DNA of 57,293 nucleotides, filler included, from Sphacelaria rigidula (Eukaryota), in the NCBI GenBank assembly GCA_964200075.2. It is 7 parts of 7 records of this genome, joined end to end, with 100 filler letters (N's around TTAATTAATTAA, not from the genome) between each part and the next. Parts side by side here need not be neighbours in the genome. Positions count along the whole stretch, not along the records: positions 32,797 to 40,895 come from CAXNAA020012307.1; positions 40,996 to 49,094 come from CAXNAA020012308.1; positions 49,195 to 57,293 come from CAXNAA020012309.1; 4 more parts are not named here. One strand, written 5' to 3'. Below are positions 38,001-49,399 of this stretch, piece by piece. Each line of letters begins with the position of its first letter. Position 1 is the first letter of the stretch. Under the pieces are notes generated by a model. The model was not told the DNA's origin. It searched no databases and was given only the letters and a program-made list of their open reading frames with translations. Position numbers and translations under genes: made by a program.

Positions 38001-38228
38001 GCAACCGAGGCCATGATGTCCAGCATCGCGCCGGCCACGAACGGCGAAAGCGACCTTCCGGTCACCTCCTTGGGTCCGGCGCTGGACGCTGTTCACATGC
38101 CCGAGCTGGCCCCTCAGATCGCGGTCAACGGATTCGGCGCTGGTATTTACAACACATTGCTGCACCACGGAACGGTGTCGGCTAGGGAGTTTTCGACGTG
38201 GCTGTGCCTGGAGCAGAAGTGTTCAAGG
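38001..38228 (+). CDS. ABCA: ABCA transporter exon (regulatory-domain region)
   Basis: tgacag|GCA...AGG|gtgagc; 228 nt, open and in phase. Translates ATEAMMSSIAPATNGESDLP...SAREFSTWLCLEQKCSR. Confidence 0.85.
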
Positions 38229-38862
38229 GTGAGCTAAAGTGCCGCCCGTGCGGTAAAGTAAAGTGCTACTGACTTGGCTCTAGTAGGATGTATCGAGTAC
38301 GCAGGAGTGCAACTGCAAGTTGTTTTGGCGAGAAAAAGCAATGGGGAAAACGGGGGCAAACGTGATGCGAGGCAAGAAACGGATGGATTGCTTTGTACAA
38401 AGGGCTTTGCATGTAGGTTGCTACAACAACAGGGCTTGTTAATGTTCGTTTTGCCGACGCCATTCCTATTATTGAACGACTGGCTTCCTCTGGGGCAGAA
38501 GTGCCCGGGGGGAGAGAGGGGGAGGGGGAGGTGCGGGCGAGATAAATACAAATGGATTTAAATGAGCTTATGGTAGGGTAAGGAGGATATTTTATTACCT
38601 TTTCAATGTGAATGACCTCAAAATGAGCTTATGAAAGGGTACGGAGAGTATTTTTTTCCCTTTATCCCCCGAAGAGTGCCGGGAATATTCAAGTCTTTTT
38701 TCAACTTATTTTGCAGGGGTGTCTTCCCAGCGTCTACGGAAACACAAATCACAGAAAATGGTCATACATGTGTGAGCTCTCAATAGTTTCTCGCCACTCG
38801 TTCCGCTCACTACACCCCTTCCCGCCCCCCGCCCCTTCCATCGCCTGCCAAAAAAAACGTAG

Positions 38863-38988
38863 ATGATTCAGTTTATGATGAACAACTTCCACGGTGTGGT
38901 GATCCGGGAGAAGCAGAACGCCAAAATGCGATTCGAGTTTCCGCAGCAGGAGACTATGACTCTGGCCGATATTTTCGGCGTTATCGAG
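38863..38988 (+). CDS. ABCA: ABCA transporter exon
   Basis: acgtag|ATG...GAG|gtgagt; 126 nt. Translates MIQFMMNNFHGVVIREKQNAKMRFEFPQQETMTLADIFGVIE. Confidence 0.9.
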
Positions 38989-40289
38989 GTGAGTAAGGAA
39001 ACACGCACGCACAAACGCGCACAAAAATATTAGGTATTGTGTTCACCCGATGTGCCGCAGACGTTGGTGTCATAGAGGTTAGTTGGCTAACGGCATCACT
39101 TCCCTCCCAACGTTGCGCCCAGATATCCAAAATATATTTTGTTGGTTCTTCTTCTTTCTTCTCTTCCCTTTTTGTTTTTCTTCTTCTCCTTTCATCTTTT
39201 GTCATGTTTTCAAGTTTCCGCTCCGGCATGATATTTCCAAACCCATCAATCCCCCCCCCCAGCCGCCTGGTGTGTCCATGGACCAGCACTACTACACCCT
39301 AGCGGTTGTCGTCGAATTTCATTCCAACGTAAAGGTATCCCCAATCCTAGCCGCTGCACCTCGTTGGCCTTATGGTACAACTAACACCGTTAGGGCGGTA
39401 ACAAGGCGGGACAGATTCCCGTTGGGTATTTCTGGTTCGGTTATCTTCCCACAAGTTGCTGATTTCCGTTGTTGAAAACATGGGATCGTGAGTAAGAAGC
39501 AATTGTATGTATATGTATGAGGGTCGACGTGGTACGGAGGTGTGTGCTGATCATAATCCATCCAACCCGCAAGACGAAATTGCGAGGCGTGTGCAGGAAG
39601 AGAGGAAGGGGTTGATCCCTTGAGAATATCGACTTGTGCCGTGGAAGGGCATGCGCGAGAAGTGAGAGCGGAAAAAACAAAAAACGTATGTTTACGGCAA
39701 TATTATTGGTGGTGCCATTTTTGTTCGGGTCAATTCTTGGAAATCCGGCAGCAACTTTTACGCACTCGTTAACTTCGCGGCTTGCAATTTTTCATCACGA
39801 TATATATATATATATATATATATATTCCTGTCAAAAATTTACTACGGATAAAGGAAGAGAAGCAGCAGATTCCGAAATGGTGTGTGTGTGTGCGTGTTCT
39901 CGTCCCATCTATTCTGGACGCCGGGCTACACCTTTCGGTATATGTGGGCGCACCAGCCGGGGTCACACAGGAGGAAGGTCAACGCAAGAGTTTTCCTTTT
40001 TTTCTTATGTTTAAGTACTCCACCTTCCTTCTGCGGTGCTTGCCTTTTTATTTTTATCGCGAGAGGGGTTCAGCAATCCCTTTCCCTCGTCGACCGTGAA
40101 GTCGATTTTTTTGGTACAATGGAAAAACTAGCATTCATTCACCGTATGATACAACTGCCCTCGCCCATTGACAGTTTTTCTGTACCAGGCACAGACGTGG
40201 CTACTACAGTACAGCAGCCGAACGGTACCCATCGAGCGCTTGTCTTCACCACACAAAATGCCCGTGAACCAAATACACCGCTGTTGCAG

Positions 40290-40412
40290 GAACATGTCGC
40301 GGGACTGTGCGTGAGCGAGTACGCCCTGAGCCAAACCTCGCTGGAACAGATATTCAACGGTTTTGCCGCGCAGCAGGAAGAGGAGACGCATCGTGCAGCG
40401 GGAGTGATGTAA
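40290..40412 (+). CDS. ABCA: ABCA transporter terminal exon
   Basis: ttgcag|GAA...TAA. Translates EHVAGLCVSEYALSQTSLEQIFNGFAAQQEEETHRAAGVM*, with the ABCA C-terminal Y.LSQT.LEQ.F motif. Confidence 0.93.
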   Translation, partial: EHVAGLCVSEYALSQTSLEQIFNGFAAQQEEETHRAAGVM

Positions 40413-40504
40413 TAGTTGTAAAGTGAACTCAAGTGAAGCAGTGCGATGTAAATACATTCACCATAACAGTAGTACAGTTCACCATATTTCGTGCGTATCG
40501 TGGG

Positions 40505-40866
40505 AGTTGTAGTCGTGAGACCATTGACCTCGCATCCCTACAAAGCCGGGACGGAGCACGCTGGGTTTTCGCCGGACCAGGCTCGCGCTCAATCACCAAG
40601 CGCGAAGCGCGAAGCGCCGTAGTGTTTTCGGCGAGTCGCATGAAGAAGGGTGAGCTGCATCCTGCTGAGACTGTTCGGCCCGAAGCCTACTGATTATCTT
40701 GCATTTGGATGACAGTTGCTTTATTCTGTGATATCGCCACTTCCAGAGACAGCCACGGCTTTTGCACTGCCTCATGGGTGTCTAACCAGTGGGAGGGGGG
40801 CGTACTCATTTGTTGCTTGCCTTAGTCGTTCGACCATTGACCACGCATCCCTTTCGAGACGGAGCA
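40505..40866 (+). repeat. Family A element followed directly by a short related variant
   Basis: Collinear with about 955-1235. The second unit shares the GGGAGGGGGG..GTACTCAT..GACCATTGACC.CGCATCCCT head and matches 1-55. Confidence 0.88.
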
Positions 40867-41027
40867 TCGTTCCTACTCCTAATAGAGACACCTCCNNNNN
40901 NNNNNNNNNNNNNNNNNNNNNNNNNNNNNNNNNNNNNNNTTAATTAATTAANNNNNNNNNNNNNNNNNNNNNNNNNNNNNNNNNNNNNNNNNNNNGAGCA
41001 GGAAAACTATGTTTCTTGGACCATTTA

Positions 41028-41500
41028 CGGTCAATGACACCCTCCTGATAAACGGGGTCTTTACCCGGTATCGTCCCCAAGACACCAACTTGGGCGCTTG
41101 TGATTTGAGCACGGTTTGCTCATTTTTCCAGAACTATCGACGCTAGCACTTTCAAGTGCTCATGGAAAATGTTATGCTGATGGAAAATGTTATGCGAAGA
41201 AACCTCGAAAATAGGTCATCCGCAGAAAATGCCAGACTGAGGTCTGTGCAGTATAGGAGGGAAACAAGATCTCGATCGTTATTGTGAAGAACTGAATACG
41301 TATTCATTTATCTGGATATTTACCATTTCGTCGCTGAAGGGCGGGAAACTGCTTTTACTGAACCAAAAACGGTCAATAACACCCTCCTGATAAACGGGGT
41401 ATCAATTCCTTCTCGCCCCAAAAGCACCAACTTGAGCACTGCAGTTTTAGCGCGGCCCACGTTTTCTCCCTAAATCTACCGGCGCTAGCACTTTCAAGTA
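41028..41500 (+). repeat. Two copies of a dispersed repeat (ACGGTCAAT.ACACC.TCCTGAT.AACGGGGT...GACGCTAGC), third copy at about 35838-35990
   Basis: Direct comparison of 41028-41160, 41370-41500 and 35838-35990. Confidence 0.8.
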
Positions 41501-42244
41501 GTAGTGAAGAGTAGTACCCCAACAAGCCCAAAAAAATAGAACAACTACGAATTCTGAAAACTTCTGATGCTGACTACTATAGTACAACCGAGGTGGAGTT
41601 TGGGGTGTTGCCAAGTAACGTCTAGGTAGCTGTTACAGCTACCTAGCCGTATATTCCGCTCGGGTGCGGTAGTCGTTAGTGCACGTGCATGTAATTATTC
41701 TTGTGTTCGGGGAGAAACCCCTGAGCCCTCCGAACACGTGGTTGCGGACTTGTTATACTGCACGGACTTGTTTCGAAAATGATATAGTAGAAACCCCCGA
41801 GCCCTACAACCCCATGGTTACCCCTCCCACCTCATGGTTGCGGACTTACTGAACTGTACAGTCTTGTTTCGAAAAAAAATAGTACAGTCTGTGGTGTTGC
41901 CAGATGATGTCGGCTAGCTAGCTAGCTACCCACCTCGCCATATATCCCGCGGACGGTCGACGAGGGAAAGGCAGTGCTGATCCTCTGTAACGATAAAAAT
42001 AAAAAAAGGCAACCACCATATAAAGATACAGCTCCGAATGGGGGACATTGTAGTTCACCTGCTAACAGTAATATTTTTTTCACGAGACTCAAATTTTTAT
42101 GCTGCATATCATTCCACGATAGGTGCTGCCCTGTACGCAGGACTATGTCTCTAATACAGCAGCTGCATGCAGGACTTGTTCAAAACACTGTACTGTGGCT
42201 GCCAAGGTACACAGACAGCTCTCAAAATCTCCATTATTTTGCAG

Positions 42245-42546
42245 TGCCGGTCGCCCCAGCCGCTCACTTGGTACTGTAACCTCGAAACCTTCTGAATGTT
42301 GGGTCGTGGGTTCAAATCTCGGAGCAGTCTTGGATTTCTTTTCCCACCATGCTCAACAGTGGAGAGCGACTATGTTTTGGGTACGCAAAAGGGAGATGAA
42401 GTACTAAATGCAAATCAAAAAGAAAAAGCTCATGTGTTGACCTTCCTCCTCTGTGACCACCTGCCACGGCTGGTGCCCATACATATACCGAAAGGTATAG
42501 ACTGGCGCCCAGAATAAATGGCACGCTACAAACACAACAATACAAC
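42245..42546 (+). mobile_element. tRNA-derived SINE, family 2
   Basis: tRNA-like head with B box GGTTCAAATC (42309) and an (ACA)-rich tail. The 3' part recurs at about 39879-40120 (-) and about 6195-6290 (+). Confidence 0.72.
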
Positions 42547-43007
42547 CTAGCCGACACCCGAGGAACTTTCCTCGTGGTCATGATTTTCCAATGAACAGGA
42601 CCCGTGAGACCTCAACGTAGAACTATAAAGGCTGTTCAGTTCGCATGAGTGTACGTTTTAACCCTTGGACCGCGGCGACGGTACTCCATCTCGACCACGC
42701 ATACGCTTTTCAAGTGAATATTGATGCCGATTCAGCAGGTGACCTGCCCTCGCGGTCAAAGGATGAACACCGATATCCTCTTTCAACTTATCTCACTGAT
42801 GTTCTTAAACATGCTTTTGTGGGCTGTTGAGTTCGCACAACGGGGACCCACATGACCTAGATATGACGGTATTAGCCGCTTCATGTCAAAACTAAAGAGA
42901 AAGAGATTTCAGATGTTTCGACTTGTGTTCGTGATGAAGAAGTGCCCCACCATGAACACGCTGCTTTGGTTGTGGTTCTTGTTGAGAGTTGTTTACGATC
43001 TCGAGAA

Positions 43008-46000
43008 GGCTTTTGTGGTTCGGGATCGACACCCCGCAAAAAAGAACCAGTGTGGGCGACTGTCGTCGGCCAGAACACGCGCCACAGGTATCAGATGACA
43101 CCCAAACCTGAACTGTAGTGTACCGCTGACCCTCCTTCGTGCACTGCAAAACAAAGCGGAGGCTAAGATGCCTTTCAGCCAGAGAAAACTCGGCAAAAGT
43201 GGTAAAAAATGCGAAATGATACATGTACATATAAATATATATATTGCATATAATATGTCATACAAGGTTTCCCTCCGGAAGGTTGATACGGGCCTCCCGG
43301 GGGTGACGCAAGTCGAAAATATATTTTGTCATATATATTTTGTCAAGCTTTCCACGATCTTGCAAGAGGCTTTTGTGGTTCAGGATCGACACCCCGCGAG
43401 AAAGGGCCAATTTGAGCGACTTTCGGTGGCCAGAACACGCACTACAGGTTTCAGATGACGCCCAAACCTGAACGGTAATGTACCGCTGAGCCTTCTCAGT
43501 GCGCTGCAAAATGAGGCGTGGGAAAAAATGCCTTGCCGCCAGAGGAAACTCGGCAAAAGTGGTGAAAAATGTGGAATGATTCATGTACGTATTATATATT
43601 GCGCGTAAAAGCACTGACAGCGCTTGCACGACCGTTTCTCCTGAAGTGATTTTTCCTCTACAGGCGATACCAAGATAGGTACCGCGGAAAATGACATCAT
43701 CCAGAGTGTGCCCAATACGGATCGGTGCTTGTATGTAGGGCCAGGGATGACAGAGATGTCCTTGTGACAAGGGTGCATCCCTACACAAGTACTTCACAGA
43801 GGGGAGCTAAAGAAATGTACGTAAACAATGGTTGTTAGTACTATGAAGATAAGTTTAACCCTGACATCGACCAAGGCATACCCAGAACTCTCGGGCAAGG
43901 CAGGTGCAGAGTGTTTCTTAAGGGCCTTTATTATCGACACAGTACACAGTGTTTTGGGAGATCGCCAAGATTTTAGGCGTTTTTGCACCTGGCGCTTGGC
44001 GTTCTCCGAAAATGGAGCGGCTAGATGTTTTCGCCAAGCCTTCACGGTTGACGAACGCCAAATATTTCGGACCGCAGCGCAATACTCCGCAGACCTGCCC
44101 TTGGCGGACGCCGTGGCGTTCGCAAGCATGCGAGAATCATCAGGAACCTTGCTAATGACACCCTGGGCTATGTCGTAGAATGAAAAGCACCGCGAGTTGG
44201 CGATATCTATCTCCTTAGACGGTGTGCGCCCCGGCAGCGGTGTTAGAGCTGTTGGGGCCAAGCACGGTGATTGTCGTTTGCAAACATGCGCACTTTCGAA
44301 GTGAGGAGCAGAAACAATCCAGTAGCTACTTACTTGTCTGCAGTGCTGCTACGAGTGTACGCTACCGCACCGTCTGAAAAGTGTAAAGCTGGTGGTTTTG
44401 TTTGGTGTATCTGCGCGTACAACTCACAGAAAGCAAGCATGCTACAATCTATGCACCGGATTTTCTACAGTCGGTATTTTTACTCATGCGTGCTGCTGCA
44501 GCATCTCGAGAGAGCCGGTCGATCACGCCCTAGCCTGTCCGACTGCTACCCCGTGTCACAGAGAGGTTGTGAGAAAGGTGTTTATCACAGTTACGAACGC
44601 CATACACGGGCAGGTAGCATAACCCTGTCCCATATGTTTCCGGCGAAGGCAAGCTAAACGACGAGATCAGCACCATTTGCAATGAGATATCTAACAGCAG
44701 CAGAAGATCTAGATAATAACGAGGCATAGGCGATTGCCGAAATCTTAGACCCTCTCACATTTTGTTCTCTCTCGATAATAAACGCCCTCATTTGCCGGGG
44801 CAGGAGCCACTCAGCAGGTCATGATGTGGAAGTGAGCGCATCTGCGTGTCCACACATGCATTCACGGACGTCTCACGCAGTCTGGGCCGAGTGGACTCCG
44901 TTTTGAGAGCATATCGATGGCATTGCCCGAAATCCGTATTCGCTTCGTGCGTCTGGCGCACCACGTGAAACGTGCCGCCGATCCGTAAGTATGATGTCTG
45001 TGTTGTGGTCTATCTCTGTGCCAATTTTCAGGCTCCTTCGTTTAGACACGGCGGAGGAATCCACAAGCAAAGTAACGCTTGGCTTGTACTGAAAATACCG
45101 TACGAAGCCGTCGGAGGATACATGAGGTGCGTACTCGTATGATCCTCCCTGCCATTCCTGTCACAAGGACAAACCTGTCAATCCTAACACAAGGACATCC
45201 CTGCGCCTGTACTTCACAGGTGCATCCTTCGGGGGAACTTTCGCTTACGGGTTGCATGCTCGCAGGGATTTGGCACCCCCCTTATTTGCTGGTCCTGAAC
45301 ACGTAACCCACAGTGGGGACGTTTGCCCACGTGTGTGCCTTGTTCAACTCGTCAGCGGCTCATCGCACGGTCTTGTATTTGCTGCTGACTAAGGCCAAGG
45401 CAATGATCAATTGTTTTCAACTGCACCGCTCTCATATTGTCATGACATTGGCGGCATAAGCGGTGTGCTCGTGCTCCCAAATGAATGAGAACCCGGCAAA
45501 GGGAAACACGGGGGGGAAATACCCCGCCAACAATTATCCTGCTGCTTGAAGTTTCACGAACTTGGGTAGGCTTTTGTGGTTCGGGATCGACACCCCGCGA
45601 AAAAGAGCGAGTGATGGCCAGAACACGCGCCACAGGTTTCAGATGACACCCAAACCTAAAAGGTTATGTACCGCTGTACCTTGTTCGTGCACTGCAAAAG
45701 AAAGCGCGTGATAAGAGGCAGAGACAACTCTGCAAAAGTGGTCGAAAATGTGAAGTGATAGATGTACATACAGTATATATCAAAGAGAAGAAGAAGCTGT
45801 ATAATATAGACCTATAATATAGACCTATATTATATGATAAATAATATATGAAATATATATTTGTATGTACATGTATCATTTCGCATTTTTCACCACTTTT
45901 GCCGAGTGTTCTCTGGCTGCAAGGCATCTTAGCCCGCGCTTTTTTTTTAAGTGCACGAAGGAGGGTCAGCGGTACATTACAGTTCAGGTTTGGGTGTCAT

Positions 46001-49000
46001 CTGATACCTGTGGCGCGTGTTCTGGCCATCGAAAGTCGCCCACACTGGCTCTTTTTCGCGGGGTGTCGATCCCGAACCACAAAAGCCTTTCCAAGATCGT
46101 CGAAAACTTCAAAGAAGAGTAACAAAAGCTCGCTCATGGCGGGGTATTTTTCAACCATGGTTTTCTTTGCGTTCTCCATTATTTGGGAACACGAAGACGG
46201 TGGTTACGCAGCGAGTGTCAGGAGAGCATAAGAGCAAAGCAGTTGAAAACAGCTGGACAATGACTTGACTTAGTCAGCAGCAAACACGAATCGAATGATC
46301 TGAGATCCCTTATCCCTTAATTTCGACGTGAAGCCTCTATCATGGTCATATCTGCGTACTATGTGCCCCAATTATGCGAACGTAACAATCCACAAAAAAA
46401 GCATCGTGAAGAACACTGAAGAATGTGTAGATTGTTACTACAGGAAGGGGTCACAGTCACAGCTGCAGCGGGGAAAGTCGCTGATGGCCCAGTGTGCATT
46501 GATACGGTAGATACCTACGGTGCGTGGCATTTTGTTTTTTCAACACCCTGCTGTCTGATGACGGCTAGATAGGGTGGGTAGAGTGATAGTTGATCACGCA
46601 GGCTGCGACGGATCCTGCCGGTCTCATCATCAATCTTCGCCCAGTTATGGACGAACGCTCGAAGAAACCCAGCAAACAAGCATCGTTTATGGTCCGCTAT
46701 ATATGCGAGGGTTGGGAGCTGAGCATTTCCGCTATAACAAGCTCGACAGTCGAAGATTGAGCTCCTGTCGCGCGACCAGTGGGTGGTGCTGCGGACCCTT
46801 GCCGGTGTACCTGGCACTGGGAGCGACATCCCGGTACAGACAGTCCCATCACTACCGGAACGACCGTGCACAGGCCGGCAGCCGGAACGGCCGTTGCACT
46901 GGTGTTCTTCTAGCGTTATCAACTTAGAGTACGGCCGCGCAAGCTTTGCACGCGAATATTTCGGTGATCGCCTCACTTCCACTTCGGCCATGTGCTGTGG
47001 ATTATTTGATTATTTCACGATCTCACCGCCTGATATTTATGGAAATGTATTACACCCTAGACAAGAGCGTTTTACAGTCAGTATACAATTTTAAAACATG
47101 AACTGTGCACAGTATAGACTCTATTGCCTTCTGTGACGTGCAGAATACTCGTACAAAAGTGGGAACTGCGCGCAGTATGACTTCAAGACAGTGTAGAAAG
47201 CTCCACGTGGTAAAAATTGTAACAGCGGGCTTGCGCACCATACACATAGCGGCTGTGTTACCATCCGCTCAAGATACAGGCAGGAATTATAGGGGCAGAG
47301 GCGGCCTATTACTCTTGCGTGCGCCACCTAGGACAAATACACACTTAGCTGCAACACCGACCGCTGCACTAGATGTGGCAGAGTGAGGGGTGGTAAACCA
47401 CGTACACACGACAGCAAAAGCAGTATCATACATATATACTGCATGCGCGCGGGGTCGGGCCGGCATTTAGAGAACTCTGCACAAGTTCGCCGTGTACTAC
47501 CGGGACGCGACCGTATTTCAGTAGCAATCACTTGCGATGTGTGCTGTGACGGGTCTCGTGCGTGATGGTGTTTTTTCCACCTCCGCACACCGCCCGTGAA
47601 GTGAGCTCTTCATTCTGAAAGTGTTCACCGCTCTTCCCGTCACTCTTGGTCTGAGGCATTCGAAACTGCGAAATATGACAGTACGAGTATATACTGGAAC
47701 GTACATATTCTCCCACACAATTGCCTCCATAATGTGAGAAAGTAGTAACACTGGTATATTTTCGACTTGGGTCACCCCCGGCAGGCCAGTATCAACCTCC
47801 CGAAGGGGAACCATGTATTATATATGTACATGTATCATTTCACTTTTTCACCACTTTTGCGGAGTTTTCTCTAGCTGCAAGGCGTCTTATCACGCGCTTT
47901 CTTTCGCAGTGCATGGAGAAGGCACAGCGGTACATTACAGTTCAGGTTTGGGTGTCATCTGAAACCTGTGGCGCGTGTTCTGGCCATCGAAAGTCGCCCG
48001 CACTGGATCTTTTTCGCGGGGTGCCGATCCCGAACCACAAAAGCCTACCCAAGTTCATGAAAAACTTCAAGTAGCAGGATGATTGTTGGCGGGGTACTTC
48101 CCCCCCGTGATTCTCTTCGTCGGGTTCTCGTTCATTTGGGAGCACGATTACACCGCTTATGCCGCCACGAGAACATGAGAGCAATGCAGTTGGAAACAAT
48201 TGAACATTGTCTTGGCCTTAGTCAGCAGCAAACACCGGACCGTGCGGTGAGCCTTTGACGAGGTGAACCAGGCGCACACGTGGGCAAACGCCCCCACTGT
48301 GGGCTACCTGTATTGACCAGCAAAGGGCGGTGCCGAAATCCCTGTGATCATGCAACCCGTAGGGCGCAGGGGTATTCTTGTCGCAGGGCTGACAGTGTAA
48401 TGCGTGAGAGGACCGCGTACTTAGAGGACCGCATCGGAATGTGAATATCCCGATGGTTACGGTTAGGATTAGGGTTATGGTCAGGGGCGTAGTACCTGCA
48501 GGGACTGGCCCGATTGGTTTTGAAAAACGTCGATCCTGAGGTGTTTTGAACTACGGTACGATCCTCCACGCGGTCCTCTCACGCATTACAGACAGGTTTG
48601 CCCTCGTGACAGGGATGACAGGGAGGATCATACGAGTACGCACCTCATGACAGCTTAGTACCGTATTTTCAGTACAAGCCAAGCGTTACTTTGCTTGTGG
48701 ATTTCTCCGCCGTGTCTGAATGAACCAGCCTGAAAATTGGCGCAGAGGTTGACCACAACACAGACAGCATATTCCCGTATCGGTGGCACGTTTCACGTGG
48801 TGTGCCAGACGCACGAAGCGAATACGGGTTCTAGGCAATGCTATCGATATGCCCTCAAAACGGGACTCCCCTCGGCCCAGACTGTGTGAGACGTCAGTGA
48901 ATGCATTTGTCGACACGCACATGCGCTCACTTCTACATCATGATCTGCTGAGTGGCTCTTGCCCCGGCAAACAAGCATCGATCCGTATTGGGTACACTCT

Positions 49001-49094
49001 GGATTATGTCATTCTACGCGATATTTATCTTGGTATCGCCTGTAGCGAGGTACTCACTTCAAAAGGCACGGTCGTGCAAGCGCTGTCAGTGCTT
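43008..49094. repeat. Cluster of direct and inverted copies of a decayed intron-containing module
   Basis: A core of about 220 bp occurs at 43008-43230, 43367-43590 and 45569-45770, and inverted at 45865-46090 and 47820-48050. A long inverted duplication pairs about 44790-45770 with about 47820-48970. Confidence 0.9.
48396..48590. mobile_element. 195-bp non-autonomous TIR element, TGT...ACA termini, 5-bp TSD GACAG
   Basis: Perfect 23-bp TIR TGTAATGCGTGAGAGGACCGCGT. GACAG at 48391-48395 and 48591-48595. A paralogous empty site with a single GACAG lies at 45175-45179 (- strand). Confidence 0.93.
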
Positions 49095-49399
49095 NNNNNN
49101 NNNNNNNNNNNNNNNNNNNNNNNNNNNNNNNNNNNNNNTTAATTAATTAANNNNNNNNNNNNNNNNNNNNNNNNNNNNNNNNNNNNNNNNNNNNGGTGTT
49201 GAGCCTTCAGTGATATAATAATATATAATAAAACAATTGTGTGCATTTTTCTCCCAGTTTGTTTGTGTATACGGACCTGCTGTGCTGGCCGTGACCAGCT
49301 GCACCGCAGATTTTGTATCGTGGCACCACGAGGTACGAAAGTGCCCCTCTTCGACTTACACCCTACCTGCTGTCGGTTCGTTGTCGCGTTGACGTGCAA

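Noticed and set aside
10600-40412. Mpv17-ABCA gene neighbourhood or cluster
   Set aside because: The two genes lie on different concatenated segments, so proximity is artificial.
46515-46991. hAT dimerisation-domain remnant (LPTLAYIA...FFERSSITGRRLM)
   Set aside because: Needs a frameshift and the motif match is too weak without a profile search.
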